This document shows positions 1-11,100 of a stretch of 64,000 nucleotides of DNA, in pieces. The DNA is taken from positions 864,001-928,000 of the forward strand of contig JAYFMW010000006.1 of NCBI GenBank assembly GCA_042408215.1. The letters are read 5' to 3'. The position numbers and the translations under genes are program-made. Position 1 is the stretch's first letter; every line of letters begins with the position of its first letter. The notes below the pieces were generated by a model. That model did not search any database. It was not told the DNA's origin and worked only from the letters and a program-made list of their open reading frames with translations. This stretch comes from Microcoleus sp. (lineage in GTDB: Bacteria; Cyanobacteriota; Cyanobacteriia; Cyanobacteriales; Microcoleaceae).

Positions 1-228
1 GAAACTCGCGCTTGGACGATTATCGCGGGGATGTTAGCACCGCAAGCTGCGGGGGTGATTCACTCTGATTTTGAGCGGGGTTTCATCCGGGCAGAAACTG
101 TGGGTTATGAAGATTTAGTTGCTACGGGCGCGATGAATGCGGCTAAGGAAAAAGGCCTGGTTCGCAGTGAAGGTAAAGAGTATGTTGTACAGGAGGGGGA
201 TGTGCTGTTGTTCCGATTTAATGTTTAG
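1..228 (+). CDS. ychF: Redox-regulated ATPase YchF, C-terminal part (5' truncated by window)
   Basis: Frame open from base 1: ETRAWTI...[20 protein letters not shown]...[19 protein letters not shown], the YchF C-terminal signature. Confidence 0.95.
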   Translation, partial: ETRAWTIIAGMLAPQAAGVIHSDFERGFIRAETVGYEDLVATGAMNAAKEKGLVRSEGKEYVVQEGDVLLFRFNV

Positions 229-249
229 CTTTTTTAAGGAGATTGGCAC

Positions 250-615
250 ATGGATATCACTTCGCTGGCCATTGCTTGGCTAGTTACTTCGGTGAGCTTT
301 TTTATCATTTCCAAGTTGCCGCTGGGGGTGGAAATTGACAGTTTTGAAAAAGCGATGATTTCGGCTGCGGTTTTTGGATTGGTGAATGCTTTGGTTCGGC
401 CGCTTTTTGTTGGACATTTTGGACCATTTGCGTTGCCAACTTTTAGCTTGTTTGCGATTGTTATCAATGCTGCTATCTTTGGATTAGCGGCTTGGCTAGT
501 GCATGGATTTCGCTTGCGGTGGGGAATTTGGAGTGCTTTACTGGGGGCGATCGCCCTCGGTTTTGTTAACTCTTTGCTCTATCAGGTGTTGGGGACACTC
601 CCTAGGGTAAGGTAG
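250..615 (+). CDS. YvlD-like 4-TM membrane protein ('phage holin family')
   Basis: 121 aa, four hydrophobic segments, GVEIDSF..A.I.A.VFGLVNALVRP motif. Confidence 0.75.
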   Translation: MDITSLAIAWLVTSVSFFIISKLPLGVEIDSFEKAMISAAVFGLVNALVRPLFVGHFGPFALPTFSLFAIVINAAIFGLAAWLVHGFRLRWGIWSALLGAIALGFVNSLLYQVLGTLPRVR

Positions 616-622
616 GTAAAAG

Positions 623-774
623 TTACAGTATTCACTTGTAGGGTGCGTCCCTGGGATATTTTCAAGTTTCAGAAGTAGATGGATGGCGACGCACCTTACA
701 GTATTCACTTGTAGGGTGCGTCCCTGGGATATTTTCAAGTTTCAGAAGTAGATGGATGGCGACGCACCTTACAG
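623..774. repeat. 73-bp tandem duplication of a GTAG-type REP-like doublet
   Basis: Two identical copies of ttacagtattcacttGTAGGGTGCGTC...GACGCACC starting at 623 and 696. Confidence 0.9.
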
Positions 775-800
775 CATTGATATCAATGTCGTGCTAACGG

Positions 801-1253
801 TTAACTATCAGGCTCAAAACCCTCTCTGTTCCTCCTATTTTCAACTGGCCAATCTGCATTTTCACCGCCAATGATTAGCTCTTCCACCGTCACAAATTCT
901 TTGCTGAGTTGCTGGAAAACATTAATCAAAACATCGAGTCCGATCGCATCGCTAGTGCCCAAATCAAACCAGCATCGAGCCCAAACTCCCTCATACTCAA
1001 TCTCTCCCATATTGTGCATCAAAGCCATCATGCTTTGGTCAGCTAGATGAACATCGTAATCCATGTCACTGATATCTAAGCCCTCATCTTGCACTTGCAG
1101 GTTTTCGGCATTAAATCCTCCTAGTTTTCCCAAGAAAAACCAAGAGTCAAACACCTCTTCAATATACTGTTTTTCACCATTGGAAGGCACATTGATGAAC
1201 TTCAGCCAAATCCATAGGTCAAATGGATTAAATTCGCGAAACTGTACTTGCAT
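801..1253 (-). CDS. DUF3531-family cyanobacterial protein
   Basis: MQVQFREFNPFDLWIWL...SWFFLGKLGGFNAENLQ...WARCWFDLGTSD, conserved cyanobacterial/plastid family. Confidence 0.8.
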   Translation of the reverse strand: MQVQFREFNPFDLWIWLKFINVPSNGEKQYIEEVFDSWFFLGKLGGFNAENLQVQDEGLDISDMDYDVHLADQSMMALMHNMGEIEYEGVWARCWFDLGTSDAIGLDVLINVFQQLSKEFVTVEELIIGGENADWPVENRRNREGFEPDS

Positions 1254-1441
1254 CAAGTTTTATCTTTTGTTATTTGACAACCGCCAAGACGGTTAGGACA
1301 TTCTCAATCGCTCAAATGCAGTAACTGCATTTCCACATCAATCTTCTTGCTTCTTCCTGATTTGTACCCTGAGCGAAGTCGAAGGGTCAAAGGGTCGGAG
1401 GGTCGGAGGGTCGGAGGGTCGAAGGGCTTTCTTCCTTTTGT

Positions 1442-2470
1442 TTATAGTGGTGGTAAGGCCGCCGGTCCCCAGATACCATCTGCATCTCGAATTTTATCGC
1501 GCATCGGGTCGCAGTCGCGAGATTTGCTGTCGAGACGGTTGCGGGTTCTGCACTGCTGGAAGAAAATTTCTGCCACTAAGGTTCTGGGTAACTGCTCTGG
1601 TTTTGCTAAGGCTGCATCGAAGTTTTTTCTAGCTTCTTCTAGTAAAGTTTTATTATATTCTTTACCGTCTTTCCCCTTAGCCTGATCGAATAAAATTTGT
1701 GCTTTTAGATAAAGAATTTCTGGATTTTGGGGTGTTTCTGCAAGTGCTTTGTTGGCAAATTCTAGGGCTGGATCGTATTTCTTTAGGTCTCGATAGCCTA
1801 CGGCCATTCCCCGATAGGCTAAGTAGCGGGGAGAGGCTTTTTGTTCTAGTCTTTGAATTGCTTCGCTGGCGTTGGAAAAGGGCAGGTTTGTGGCTAGAAT
1901 TAAATCCATGTAGCCTTTGATTAAGTTGAGTTCTGGGTCGTTGGGAGCTATTTTTTCGGCGGCATCTAGATATTGAAATACGACTCGCAGTTTGTTGAGT
2001 GCTTGGGGTGCGCCTTGGGCTGTTCCTGATTTGGCTATGACATTAGCTCCTTCTAGAAAGTGACCTGCTGCTGTATAAATGTTGCCGCGCAGAGGATTGG
2101 TTTTGCTCAATTGTTCGCCGACTTCGCGGGTTTTTTGCGCGTAGGAATTCATCGAGTTTAAGTCTTGCTCGATGTAGGATAGGGAGGCTGCCATTGCATA
2201 GGCGAGTGGCTCGTTTGGTTCGGAGGATAGTGCTTGTTGAACTTGAGTTTTTGCTGTTTTGTAGTTTCCTTGCTGAAACATTGTTTTGAAGGCGGTTTCG
2301 GTTTTGGGCCCGATCGCCTGTGGGTTACTTCCGCGAAAGGGATCGCCCGCTAATGCTGAGTTGATGCAGATGCTCAGGGCGATCGCCAGTGGGGCGATCG
2401 CCCCCACAGTCTGTTTATTTCTGCTAATTTGCTTGCCAAGGGACGCTAAAATGGTTTGGATCATAGTCAA
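1442..2470 (-). CDS. Sll0314/Alr1548-family secreted TPR protein
   Basis: Signal-peptide-like N-terminus followed by ALAGDPFR, then TPR-like helices. Confidence 0.75.
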   Translation of the reverse strand: MTMIQTILASLGKQISRNKQTVGAIAPLAIALSICINSALAGDPFRGSNPQAIGPKTETAFKTMFQQGNYKTAKTQVQQALSSEPNEPLAYAMAASLSYIEQDLNSMNSYAQKTREVGEQLSKTNPLRGNIYTAAGHFLEGANVIAKSGTAQGAPQALNKLRVVFQYLDAAEKIAPNDPELNLIKGYMDLILATNLPFSNASEAIQRLEQKASPRYLAYRGMAVGYRDLKKYDPALEFANKALAETPQNPEILYLKAQILFDQAKGKDGKEYNKTLLEEARKNFDAALAKPEQLPRTLVAEIFFQQCRTRNRLDSKSRDCDPMRDKIRDADGIWGPAALPPL

Positions 2471-2802
2471 TTCTCTGAAGGCAATAAATTGTGAACTGGG
2501 AATCTGAAAGTTGAAAGTTCAGACTTTCCGGCCCCGACTAAAAAGCGATCGGATGCTCTTGATTTTTTCTGGCTATTGCTCTATAATCTAATAATGGGAG
2601 TATGAGCATTTATCAAAATTTTGCACATATTTCCATTGTTAAACTATACCATCAATCGAGCTAAAAATCAAGGGGGAAAGCTCGAAAAAAAGGCCGATTT
2701 TTGTAAAGATTTATGTAAAAATTATGTAAAATCATTATGGGCGATCGGCAAAAGCCAGAAAAAGCCAGTCTTGAACAGGCAAGATGCCTGTTCCACAATA
2801 AT

Positions 2803-2862
2803 TATGACTAATGACTAATGACTAATGACTAATGACTAATGACTAATGACTAATGACCAATA
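2803..2862. repeat. STRR heptamer array (ATGACTA)n
   Basis: Direct reading of tandem heptamers. Confidence 0.9.
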
Positions 2863-2875
2863 ACAACTACCGTTA

Positions 2876-3547
2876 ATGCTTAATCTAAAAAACCTAGTCT
2901 ATCATCCTACAGCCTGTCCGAATGCGATTCTCAAAAATATTAACTTAGAACTGCCATCGCAGCAAATGGGGCTGATTGTCGGCCGCAGCGGCTCAGGCAA
3001 AAGTACGCTATTAGAAATATTAGCAGGTTTAGCAGAAAAAACTAGCGGGGACATCCGCTGGCGCGAACAAGAATTAACTCCTGAACACTTGCAACAGTTA
3101 GGAGGTTTAGTATTTCAGTTTCCAGAAAGGCATTTTTGCGGAGGCACAATTTTAGAAGAATTGCGATTAGGGCACCCGGAATTAGGACAAGAACAAATCA
3201 ACAAAGCAATGGGTGAAGTGGGACTAGGACATTTGCCGCTGCGGGCTTCCCCCCACGCTTTGAGCGGAGGCCAACAGCGACGGGTGGCGCTGGCGGTGCA
3301 GCTAATTCGCCAGCCGCATTTGCTGCTGTTGGACGAACCGACGGCGGGTTTGGATTGGTCGATGCGGCGACAGTTGGTAAGCTTGTTGAGTAAGTTAAAA
3401 AATCACTGGACTTTGTTGATTGTCACTCACGATGCTAGCGATTTATTGAGCGTTGCAGATCGATTTTGGACTTTAGACCACGGGGATTTGCAGGAAGTCG
3501 ATCGGGCAAAATTAGAAGCTAAGGAAACGAGCTTTGTTAGTCATTAG
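2876..3547 (+). CDS. ABC transporter ATP-binding protein (CbiO/EcfA-like)
   Basis: Walker A GRSGSGKST, VFQFPE Q-loop, LSGGQQRR signature, LLLLDEPTAGLD Walker B. Confidence 0.9.
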   Translation: MLNLKNLVYHPTACPNAILKNINLELPSQQMGLIVGRSGSGKSTLLEILAGLAEKTSGDIRWREQELTPEHLQQLGGLVFQFPERHFCGGTILEELRLGHPELGQEQINKAMGEVGLGHLPLRASPHALSGGQQRRVALAVQLIRQPHLLLLDEPTAGLDWSMRRQLVSLLSKLKNHWTLLIVTHDASDLLSVADRFWTLDHGDLQEVDRAKLEAKETSFVSH

Positions 3548-3644
3548 TCATTAGTTAGTAGTCATTGGTCATTAGTTAGTAGTCATTGGTCATTGGTCAT
3601 TGGTTATTAGTTGAGAGTAGGTCAAGAAAAAGTAGGAAGAGAAA

Positions 3645-4388
3645 ATGAATGAGATTACAAGGCCTGTGCTACCGGAGATGAATGAGTTGTGGCTGGAATC
3701 CCTTAATTGGCTGCCGGATGAATCACAACAGCAACAATTTCAGCGACTGTATGAATTAATTGTTGAGGGAAATCGCTATTTGAATTTAACTCGAATTACT
3801 GAGCCGATAGAGTTTTGGGAAAAACATTTGTGGGATTCTCTGCGGGGAATTGCGAGGCTGCTGCCAGCTAATGACAATTTAGGGGAAAATCGCGAATTTC
3901 CCGCACAGTCGGTGCTCAAAGCGATCGATATCGGGACTGGTGCGGGTTTTCCGGGTTTGCCTGTGGCGATCGCCCTGCCGCATTTATCAGTTACTTTGCT
4001 AGATTCTACCCGCAAGAAAATTGATTTCTTGGACAAAGTTTTGCCATCATTAACTATCAAAAATGCGGCAACTTTGCTGGGGAGATCCGATGAAATTTGG
4101 CGACAACCCCATCACAAAGCAGCTTACGATCTGGCGTTGCTCAGAGCAGTTGGATCAGCCTCTGTTTGTGCTAAATATGCCCTACCTTTCCTGAAAAATG
4201 GCGGTTTAGCTGTACTTTATCGAGGTAATTGGACGGCGGAGGAAGAGGCCCAGTTACAAAGTGCGATCGGGCCTTTGGGCGGCAAAGTTGAGTCAGTCGA
4301 AGCATTCACAACACCCGTGAGTCAGGGCACGCGGCACTGCGTTTACTTGCGAAAAGTTGTACAGCAATTAGAACGTCCTGCTCTTTAG
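3645..4388 (+). CDS. rsmG: 16S rRNA m7G527 methyltransferase RsmG (GidB)
   Basis: NLTRIT, KHLWDSL, DIGTGAGFPG, LLDSTRKK motifs. Confidence 0.95.
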   Translation: MNEITRPVLPEMNELWLESLNWLPDESQQQQFQRLYELIVEGNRYLNLTRITEPIEFWEKHLWDSLRGIARLLPANDNLGENREFPAQSVLKAIDIGTGAGFPGLPVAIALPHLSVTLLDSTRKKIDFLDKVLPSLTIKNAATLLGRSDEIWRQPHHKAAYDLALLRAVGSASVCAKYALPFLKNGGLAVLYRGNWTAEEEAQLQSAIGPLGGKVESVEAFTTPVSQGTRHCVYLRKVVQQLERPAL

Positions 4389-4420
4389 TAGGGACACGGC
4401 ACTCCCTCCGCTTGCGCTCC

Positions 4421-4842
4421 GCCCATTGGTGTCAACTTAACGTCAAACAGACAGTCTTTCTTGTTTGTATCGAACTGGGAGATCCCCCCTAACCCCCCTT
4501 AATAAGGGGAGTAGGGGGTGGGACAAGAAATATTCTCAAAGTCCCCCTTCTTAAGGGGGATTTAGGCAGGGCTGTTTCATTCTCTTGTAGGGGCCGCCGC
4601 CCGTGGCGGCCCCAATCCCTGAAACACCTAGCAAATCGTGGATGGGGAGGGTACGGAGGCGCTACCCCTACAAAACCCTCGTTTTCCTGAGAATGAAACA
4701 GCCCTGCCTTAATAAGGGGAGTAGGGGGTGGGACAAGAAATATTCTCAAAGTCCCCCTTCTTAAGGGGGATTTAGGGGGATCTAGACTTAGGTAAAAGCG
4801 ATATTTATCAGGAGTTTCAGGCTTAAGTTGACACCAATGGGC
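4421..4842. mobile_element. Nested MITE: outer element with perfect 20-bp terminal inverted repeats enclosing an inner MITE with 21-bp inverted repeats
   Basis: gcccattggtgtcaacttaa (4421-4440) / ttaagttgacaccaatgggc (4823-4842); inner aggcagggctgtttcattctc (4564-4584) / gagaatgaaacagccctgcct (4689-4709). Confidence 0.8.
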
Positions 4843-4878
4843 ACTGCCATGTCCTGTATTTCATCTAATTAAAAACCG

Positions 4879-5631
4879 CTAAATCGCCTTTTCGTAACGC
4901 TTGTTAACTTCAGTCCAATTAACAACATTCCACCAAGCTTTTAGATAGTCAGCGCGCAAGTTTTGGTATTTCAGATAATAAGCGTGTTCCCAGACATCAT
5001 TACCCATAATTGGATAATTCCCATCCATTAAAGGAGAGTCTTGATTGGGAGTAGTTGCAATCTGAAGTTTGCCTGCTTTTGTGCGGACTAACCACACCCA
5101 ACCGCTGCCAAAACGCTTTGTACCTGCGTCATTGAATTTTGCTTTAAAAGCATCAGCACTACCGAAACTTTGTTTAATTGCTGTTGCTAAACCACCTGTG
5201 GGTTCACCACCACCTTTGGGACTCATGATTGCCCAAAACATACTATGATTTACGTGTCCGCCACCATTATTGCGAACTGCTGTGCGAATATCTTCCGGGA
5301 CTTTGCTCAAATCCCGCAGCATATCTTCTGCACTCATATTTTTTAGTTGCGGGTATTTGCTAACAGCATCGTTGAGGTTTTTAACGTAGGCGGCGTGGTG
5401 TTTGTCGTGGTGAAATTGCATTGTCCGCGCATCGATGTGCGGTTCTAAGGCCTTGTATTCATAAGGCAGAGGTGGGAGTGTAAAAGGCCCTGGAGTTTGG
5501 GCGATATTGGTTGCTTTTGCAATTTGACTTGCTTGGGATACATTATTTGCTGACGCTCGATCAGCACCTGCGGTAAGAGCTCCGACGCTAGCAGTCAGTA
5601 AATACAAGAAATCTCGACGTTTAAGAGTCAT
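4879..5631 (-). CDS. sodA: Mn-type superoxide dismutase with Tat signal peptide
   Basis: [39 protein letters not shown]-terminal KRRDFL twin-arginine motif. Confidence 0.9.
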   Translation of the reverse strand: MTLKRRDFLYLLTASVGALTAGADRASANNVSQASQIAKATNIAQTPGPFTLPPLPYEYKALEPHIDARTMQFHHDKHHAAYVKNLNDAVSKYPQLKNMSAEDMLRDLSKVPEDIRTAVRNNGGGHVNHSMFWAIMSPKGGGEPTGGLATAIKQSFGSADAFKAKFNDAGTKRFGSGWVWLVRTKAGKLQIATTPNQDSPLMDGNYPIMGNDVWEHAYYLKYQNLRADYLKAWWNVVNWTEVNKRYEKAI

Positions 5632-5848
5632 AAAATGTAACTAGGTGAATTATTAACTGTTTGATCTCAGATTCAAGCAAAATGGGAACGAGTTTAGATC
5701 GAAAAGTGCAATCGCCCAAATGGATGAGACGGATGGGTGATGTTTGTTAGAACACCTCAAGTATACGCTAATGGGGTGCGTGTAAATAAGCCTCACATAC
5801 TCCGGCTAACAAATCCGGTTTCTGTCTCGAAACCGGGTTTTTTTGATA

Positions 5849-7033
5849 TTATTCTTTGGATAAGCGTTGAACAGCTTCACCTCCAAAAAGTCGATCGGCT
5901 CTTTTAAGAATACCTGGAATTATAGCAGCATTGGGGCTGTGGGCGAGACAGCGGCGCAAGTCTAATTCATCGGTGCGATCGGCTTTTTTGCCAGGGAACC
6001 AGTGGCCGCCGTTGCCAAGCAGATTGTAGCGCATTTTGCAATAGTCGATCGTATCGTAAGCCTGCGCTAAATTCCATAGCCATAAAATCACATAAATATT
6101 AATATTTCCAGGAGTGTTTTCTATAGTTGGTAAACCAATATGCCAAGTCTTAAACCAATCTTCTCCTAATTGATTAATTGCTGCTGTTTCCAACCTTGCT
6201 AATATCGGCGGCAAAAGTTCATCGGCTCTATCTAACAATTCTACAGCTTTCAGATGTTCGTTGAAATCTTGAGGTTTTGCTGCACCCAAACTCAAAGTGT
6301 GTACTTGCGGATGGGACAAACAAAACAAATCGTTAAACACCATCGGACTCAGAGGATAGCACAAGTCTATCAATTTTTGGGGCGGATTATAAAGTTTACC
6401 GCCTTTGTCGGAAGGACTGATAATAAAAACGCCCATGTCGTGAAGTTTAGCAGCTTCAATTGCCGGCCAATTAATTTGATTGATGTAGTACCAGTGCAGG
6501 TTAACATAATCGAATTGATTGGTTTCAATTGTTTTGACAATCACATCTGTCTGGCCGTGAGTTGAAAAACCGATAAACCGAACTTTGCCCTCTGCTTGCA
6601 ATTCTTTGGCAACATCCATGCAGCCGCCCGGACGTATAGAATCCTCTAGCAATTCCCATGTATTAATGCCATGTAGGGACAGCAAATCGACGTATTCTAG
6701 TTGCAAATAAGCTAAGGATTTATCAAATTCTTCGCGAAATTCCTGGGGGTTATGTTGAATAGTAACTTTAGTTTGAACTATCAATTTTTCACGGGTAAAT
6801 GTCGGCAATATTAACCCCAATTGCATCTCAGAAGTGCCGTAACCGCGAGCAGTTTCTATGTGATTGATGCCGCATTCTACAGAGTAGCGAATAGTTGCTT
6901 CTAGATTTTGTTGATTGTCAGGTGGAATTTCATTGGCTGGTACGTCTTGCCATTTGTATTGATATCTCATGCCGCCGCAGGAAAAGACAGGCATGGATAA
7001 TTCTGTACGACCAAATCTGCGATATTGCATCAT
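5849..7033 (-). CDS. Aldo/keto reductase family protein
   Basis: MQYRRFGRTELSMPVFSCGGMR, HIETARGYGTSE, FIGFSTHG; start reassigned to ATG at 7033. Confidence 0.9.
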   Translation of the reverse strand: MMQYRRFGRTELSMPVFSCGGMRYQYKWQDVPANEIPPDNQQNLEATIRYSVECGINHIETARGYGTSEMQLGLILPTFTREKLIVQTKVTIQHNPQEFREEFDKSLAYLQLEYVDLLSLHGINTWELLEDSIRPGGCMDVAKELQAEGKVRFIGFSTHGQTDVIVKTIETNQFDYVNLHWYYINQINWPAIEAAKLHDMGVFIISPSDKGGKLYNPPQKLIDLCYPLSPMVFNDLFCLSHPQVHTLSLGAAKPQDFNEHLKAVELLDRADELLPPILARLETAAINQLGEDWFKTWHIGLPTIENTPGNINIYVILWLWNLAQAYDTIDYCKMRYNLLGNGGHWFPGKKADRTDELDLRRCLAHSPNAAIIPGILKRADRLFGGEAVQRLSKE

Positions 7034-7076
7034 GGTTAAAGTTATAGAATAAGGAAGAAGACCCTTCGAATTCGCT

Positions 7077-7172
7077 AGAACAGGCAAGATGCCTGTTCCA
7101 CAAAGAGTTTTTGACTACTTGTGTGCACCATTTTCAAGAACAGGCAAGATGCCTGTTCCACAAAGAGTTTCT
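7077..7172. repeat. 60-bp-spaced duplicate of the ACAGGCAAGATGCCTGTTCCACAA palindromic repeat
   Basis: Copies at 7077 and 7137; same family at 2775 and 43701-44000. Confidence 0.85.
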
Positions 7173-7195
7173 GACCAACCGTGGGCAAGTTTTGA

Positions 7196-7912
7196 CTATT
7201 TAGAAATCTCGCGCACTACAGGTTTTCCATCCTTGATTTCGCCAACCAAAACTAAATCTGTGCAGTTGACAAACAAGCCATTTTCTAACACGCCGGGAAT
7301 GTTATTCAAAGTTTTTTCTAATTCCCCAGGGTTGTCTAGGTTATCAAATTGAACATCAATTACCATGTTACCTTGGTCGGTAATTACTGGGCCTGCTTTT
7401 CTGATTCCCATGCGGAGTTCTGGTTGGCCTCCCAATTTTTCAATGGCGCGGGTGACAGGTGCGATCGCCATCGGTATCACTTCGATTGGTACTCGAAAAG
7501 TAGAACCCAATTTATCTACCATTTTGGAACTGTCAACTACCACAATAAACTGAGTTGCGAGATAATCGACAACTTTTTCGCGAGTGTGGGCTGCGCCACC
7601 ACCTTTAATTAAGTTTAGGTGCGGATCGACTTCATCAGCGCCGTCAATAGCCACATCTATTCTGTCAATTTCATCGAGTGTTGTCAGCGGTACTCCGTAT
7701 TGTTTGGCTAACACTTCGGATTGAAAAGATGTGGGTACTCCTTTGATATCTTTGAGTTGACCTGATTTTATGCGATCGCCCAGGGCCTGAATAGTATAAG
7801 CTGTAGTTGACCCCGTACCGAGTCCGACAATCATACCCGACTGTACGCGATCGGCGGCAGCAAAGCCGACTTGCTGTTTCATCAATTTTACGGGGTCTTG
7901 TTCTGTGGTCAT
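7196..7912 (-). CDS. rpiA: Ribose-5-phosphate isomerase A
   Basis: [33 protein letters not shown] motifs. Confidence 0.97.
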   Translation of the reverse strand: MTTEQDPVKLMKQQVGFAAADRVQSGMIVGLGTGSTTAYTIQALGDRIKSGQLKDIKGVPTSFQSEVLAKQYGVPLTTLDEIDRIDVAIDGADEVDPHLNLIKGGGAAHTREKVVDYLATQFIVVVDSSKMVDKLGSTFRVPIEVIPMAIAPVTRAIEKLGGQPELRMGIRKAGPVITDQGNMVIDVQFDNLDNPGELEKTLNNIPGVLENGLFVNCTDLVLVGEIKDGKPVVREISK

Positions 7913-7962
7913 GTTAGATACTCCTCAATAATTTTAAGATTATAGCATTTATGGATTTAATG

Positions 7963-8103
7963 AACCACAGAGAGCGCAGAGAACACAGAGAGGAAGAGGA
8001 AGAGAGGAAACTCGCAAATTATTTCAAGTTGGTCTACAATAAGTTTTTCATTGCTTGGGAACTTCTCTCTTTCTTCTCTGTGCCCTCTGCGCCCTCTGTG
8101 GTT
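7963..8103. repeat. Long inverted-repeat element (AACCACAGAG...CTCTGTGGTT family)
   Basis: aaccacagagagcgcagagaacacagag arm pairs with ctctgtgccctctgcgccctctgtggtt; related arms at ~11490, 19615, 33015, 62268. Confidence 0.75.
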
Positions 8104-8147
8104 AAATAAAAAAAATCTAGTTCACAAATCCGCGAATAATTGCCATA

Positions 8148-11100
8148 ATGAATAATATTACTATCAAAACTGTAAGAGTGGCAGAACAAATGATCGCGGA
8201 GTCGTTGGTGGATTTAGAGGCAGCTCAAACTTATTTCCAAAAGGCAAACGGGCTGAAAGATGCAGGCTGGCTTGATCGGGCGATAGAGAATTATCAGAAA
8301 GCTCTAGAATTCAATGGGGAAGATGCCGAAGTTTACAAAAAGTTGGCGGAAGTTTATGCTTTGCAAGGGGAATTTAAAAAGGCGATCGACTCCTGCCATC
8401 TCGCTCTTCAATTTCAACCTAATTTTGCTGCTGCTTACTTGACAATGGGCAATGCCCTGCACAGTCAAGACCAGCTAGAACTGGCAATTAAAGCTTATTT
8501 GGAAGCTTTGAAAATTCAGCCGGAATTTGCCGAAGCTAGCGCTAATTTGGGCAGTATGTATTACAAGTTAGGGCAATTTGCAGAGGCTGAAAAATATTAC
8601 CAAAAAGCTATTGCAATTAATCCCACTTTGTGTTCTGTGCGTTTGATGCTCGGTAGTGTTTTGCAGGATCAAGGCAAGTTGGATGCTGCAATTGCTTGTT
8701 ATCAAAAAGTGCTGGAATTGCAACCGAGAGATGCAAGTACAGCCGAAAAATTATCCAATTTGCTTAAACAAAAAGAGGGGGAAAATCCACTCAGCAAATT
8801 TATTGAATTAGAAACTGAATCAGGGGAACCACAAGCAGTAACTGTCAACAAAGACGAAGGCTATGGTTTGCAGCCTTCTAGCATAAATCTGCCGCCAGCA
8901 GAAACAATTGAAAACTTAAATACTCCCTTCACAAACCCTGCTGAAGTTTCCGAACAAGTTTCGCAGTTGAACGTTCCAACTAACGAACAAGTTGCCAATT
9001 TTCAAGAAGTTGAACATTACAAAAGTCTGGCTGAGAATTATCTAGTTAAAGGCAAGATTCAAGAAGCGATCGCCGCGTGTCATTTAGCAATCAAAACTCG
9101 ACCAGATTACATCCATGCTTACGTTACTTTAGGGAATGCTTTGCAAGCTGGCGGCAAAATAGAAGCTGCCATTCGCTCATATTCTCAAGCCTTAGAATTG
9201 CGGCCAAATTTTGCTGAAGTGCGCGCCAATATCGGCAGTATGTATTTCAAAATGGGGCGTTTACCAGAGGCGATCGCACATTACGAAGAAGCCATTGCTC
9301 TCAATCCAGATTTAGCGGGCGCTCACTGGAATCTCGGCAAAGTATATCACAAAAACGGCAACACCGAAGCGGCGATCGCCTGTTTTCAGAGAACATCCTC
9401 ACTCAACCCCCAGCTAGTCGGTGCAGACTTCCACTTTAACCTAGGCAACCGACTTTTTTCTCAAGGGAAGCGCGACGAAGCTATTGAAAGCTACGAAAAG
9501 GCGATCGCCCTTAAACCAGATTGGGCTGAAGCCTATGCTAACATCGGCAGCGCGCGATCGCAACAAGGAAATCTCGATGCAGCAATCACTTATTATCAGA
9601 AAGCTGTAGATTTAAAGCCAGAATTAGAAGTTTTGCACTCCAACCTTGCCAATTCATTTTTGCAGCAAGGCAAGTACGAATCAGCAATTACCTGTTACCA
9701 AAATGCGCTCAAAATTAAGCCAGAATGGGCAGATGTTCAGGCTAATTTGGGCAACGCTTTGTCTATGTTAGGGAGGCTGGAAGAAGCCCTGGCTAGCTAT
9801 CAGCAAGCCCTGGCCTTAAAACCGAATTGGGCAGAAGTTTACTGTCGGATGGGACACATTCAGAAACAGGATAAACCGTTGGAGGCGATCGCAAATTTTG
9901 AAAAGGCGATCGAATCCAACCCCAAATTCAGCGAAGCCCATCAACAATTGTGCGACTTGCTAAGCCATTCCACCAACCTCGCCGGAGCCCGAAACGTAGC
10001 CGACAAATACTGCGAAAACTGTGGCGATGTAGCCCCAGTCATGTCAGCCACCGCCTACGTCTTTTCCTACCTGCAATCAGGTGTCAGCCAACAGGCAATT
10101 CAGAAACTCGAAGAAATCGAAGAACTCTGCTACGAAAAAGTCGAAACCTTTAGCAATATCGAACTAAAACTGCTCTACGAAATTTTCTTATTTGCAGTTT
10201 CCCACCTGCGAGACAACCTCGAAAAAAATGCCAATTTCTATAGATTAATTGCCAAAGAATACTACAAAAAAGCCGTGCCACAGCGCCCGGTTAACAGAAT
10301 CAAATCCGCCTATACGGGACAAAAGCCTTTAAGAATCGGCTTTCTATCCAAACATTTTCGCCGCCACTCCGTAGGCTGGTGCAGCGAAGCATTAATTCGC
10401 GAATTAACCCGCATCACCCCCCACGTTCACCTCTACGTCACAGGCAAGCTCAACAAAGATGAAGTTACGCAGCGATTTGAACAAATGGCGGGCAAATTTT
10501 ACTGGCCTAAAAAATATCCTAACGGCTTTGCAGACGGCGGCGAAATCCTCGAAGAAGTAGTGCAAGATGATTTGGATGTTTTAATAGATTTAGACTCGAT
10601 GACAGTACCGACAAATGTAGAAGTGCTGAACCACAATCCCGCCGGAATTTGTGTTTCTTGGCTGGGATTCGATGCGCCCTACATCTCGGAAAATCACTAC
10701 TTTCTCTGTGACGAACACACTCACCCTCACGGCGTTGAGAAACATTACCTAGAAAAGTTAGTGAGATTGCCTAGTTGTTCAGTAGCAATTGGCGAGTTGC
10801 AAAGCATTAATGTCGATCGCAATGCGATTAGAAATGCTCTCTTAATTGGCTTAAATCAGATGACTTATCTGTGCGTTGCGCCTGGGAGAAAAACTAATCC
10901 TGAAATGGTACGCGCTCAAGTTAAAATACTCAAAGAAGTTCCTGACAGTTTGCTAATCCGCAAAGGTCAAGGCGATCCAGATGTTATTCACAGCACTTAC
11001 CGCGAAGAATGCGAAATTCAAGGAGTAGATTTTGCTCGAATTAAGTTTGTCGGACAAACCAAAACGGAAGAAGAACACCGGGCGATTTATTATGTAGCTG

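Noticed and set aside
250..615. Prophage lysis module (holin-family gene plus lambda-type lysozyme at 55417)
   Set aside because: The genes are 55 kb apart, both sit in housekeeping context, and no phage structural or integrase genes are present.
4489..4749. 86-aa ORF, and similar ORFs at 35560-35775, 7089-7352, 56800-57003, 538-738
   Set aside because: They lie largely within palindromic repeats or MITEs and show no protein-like features.
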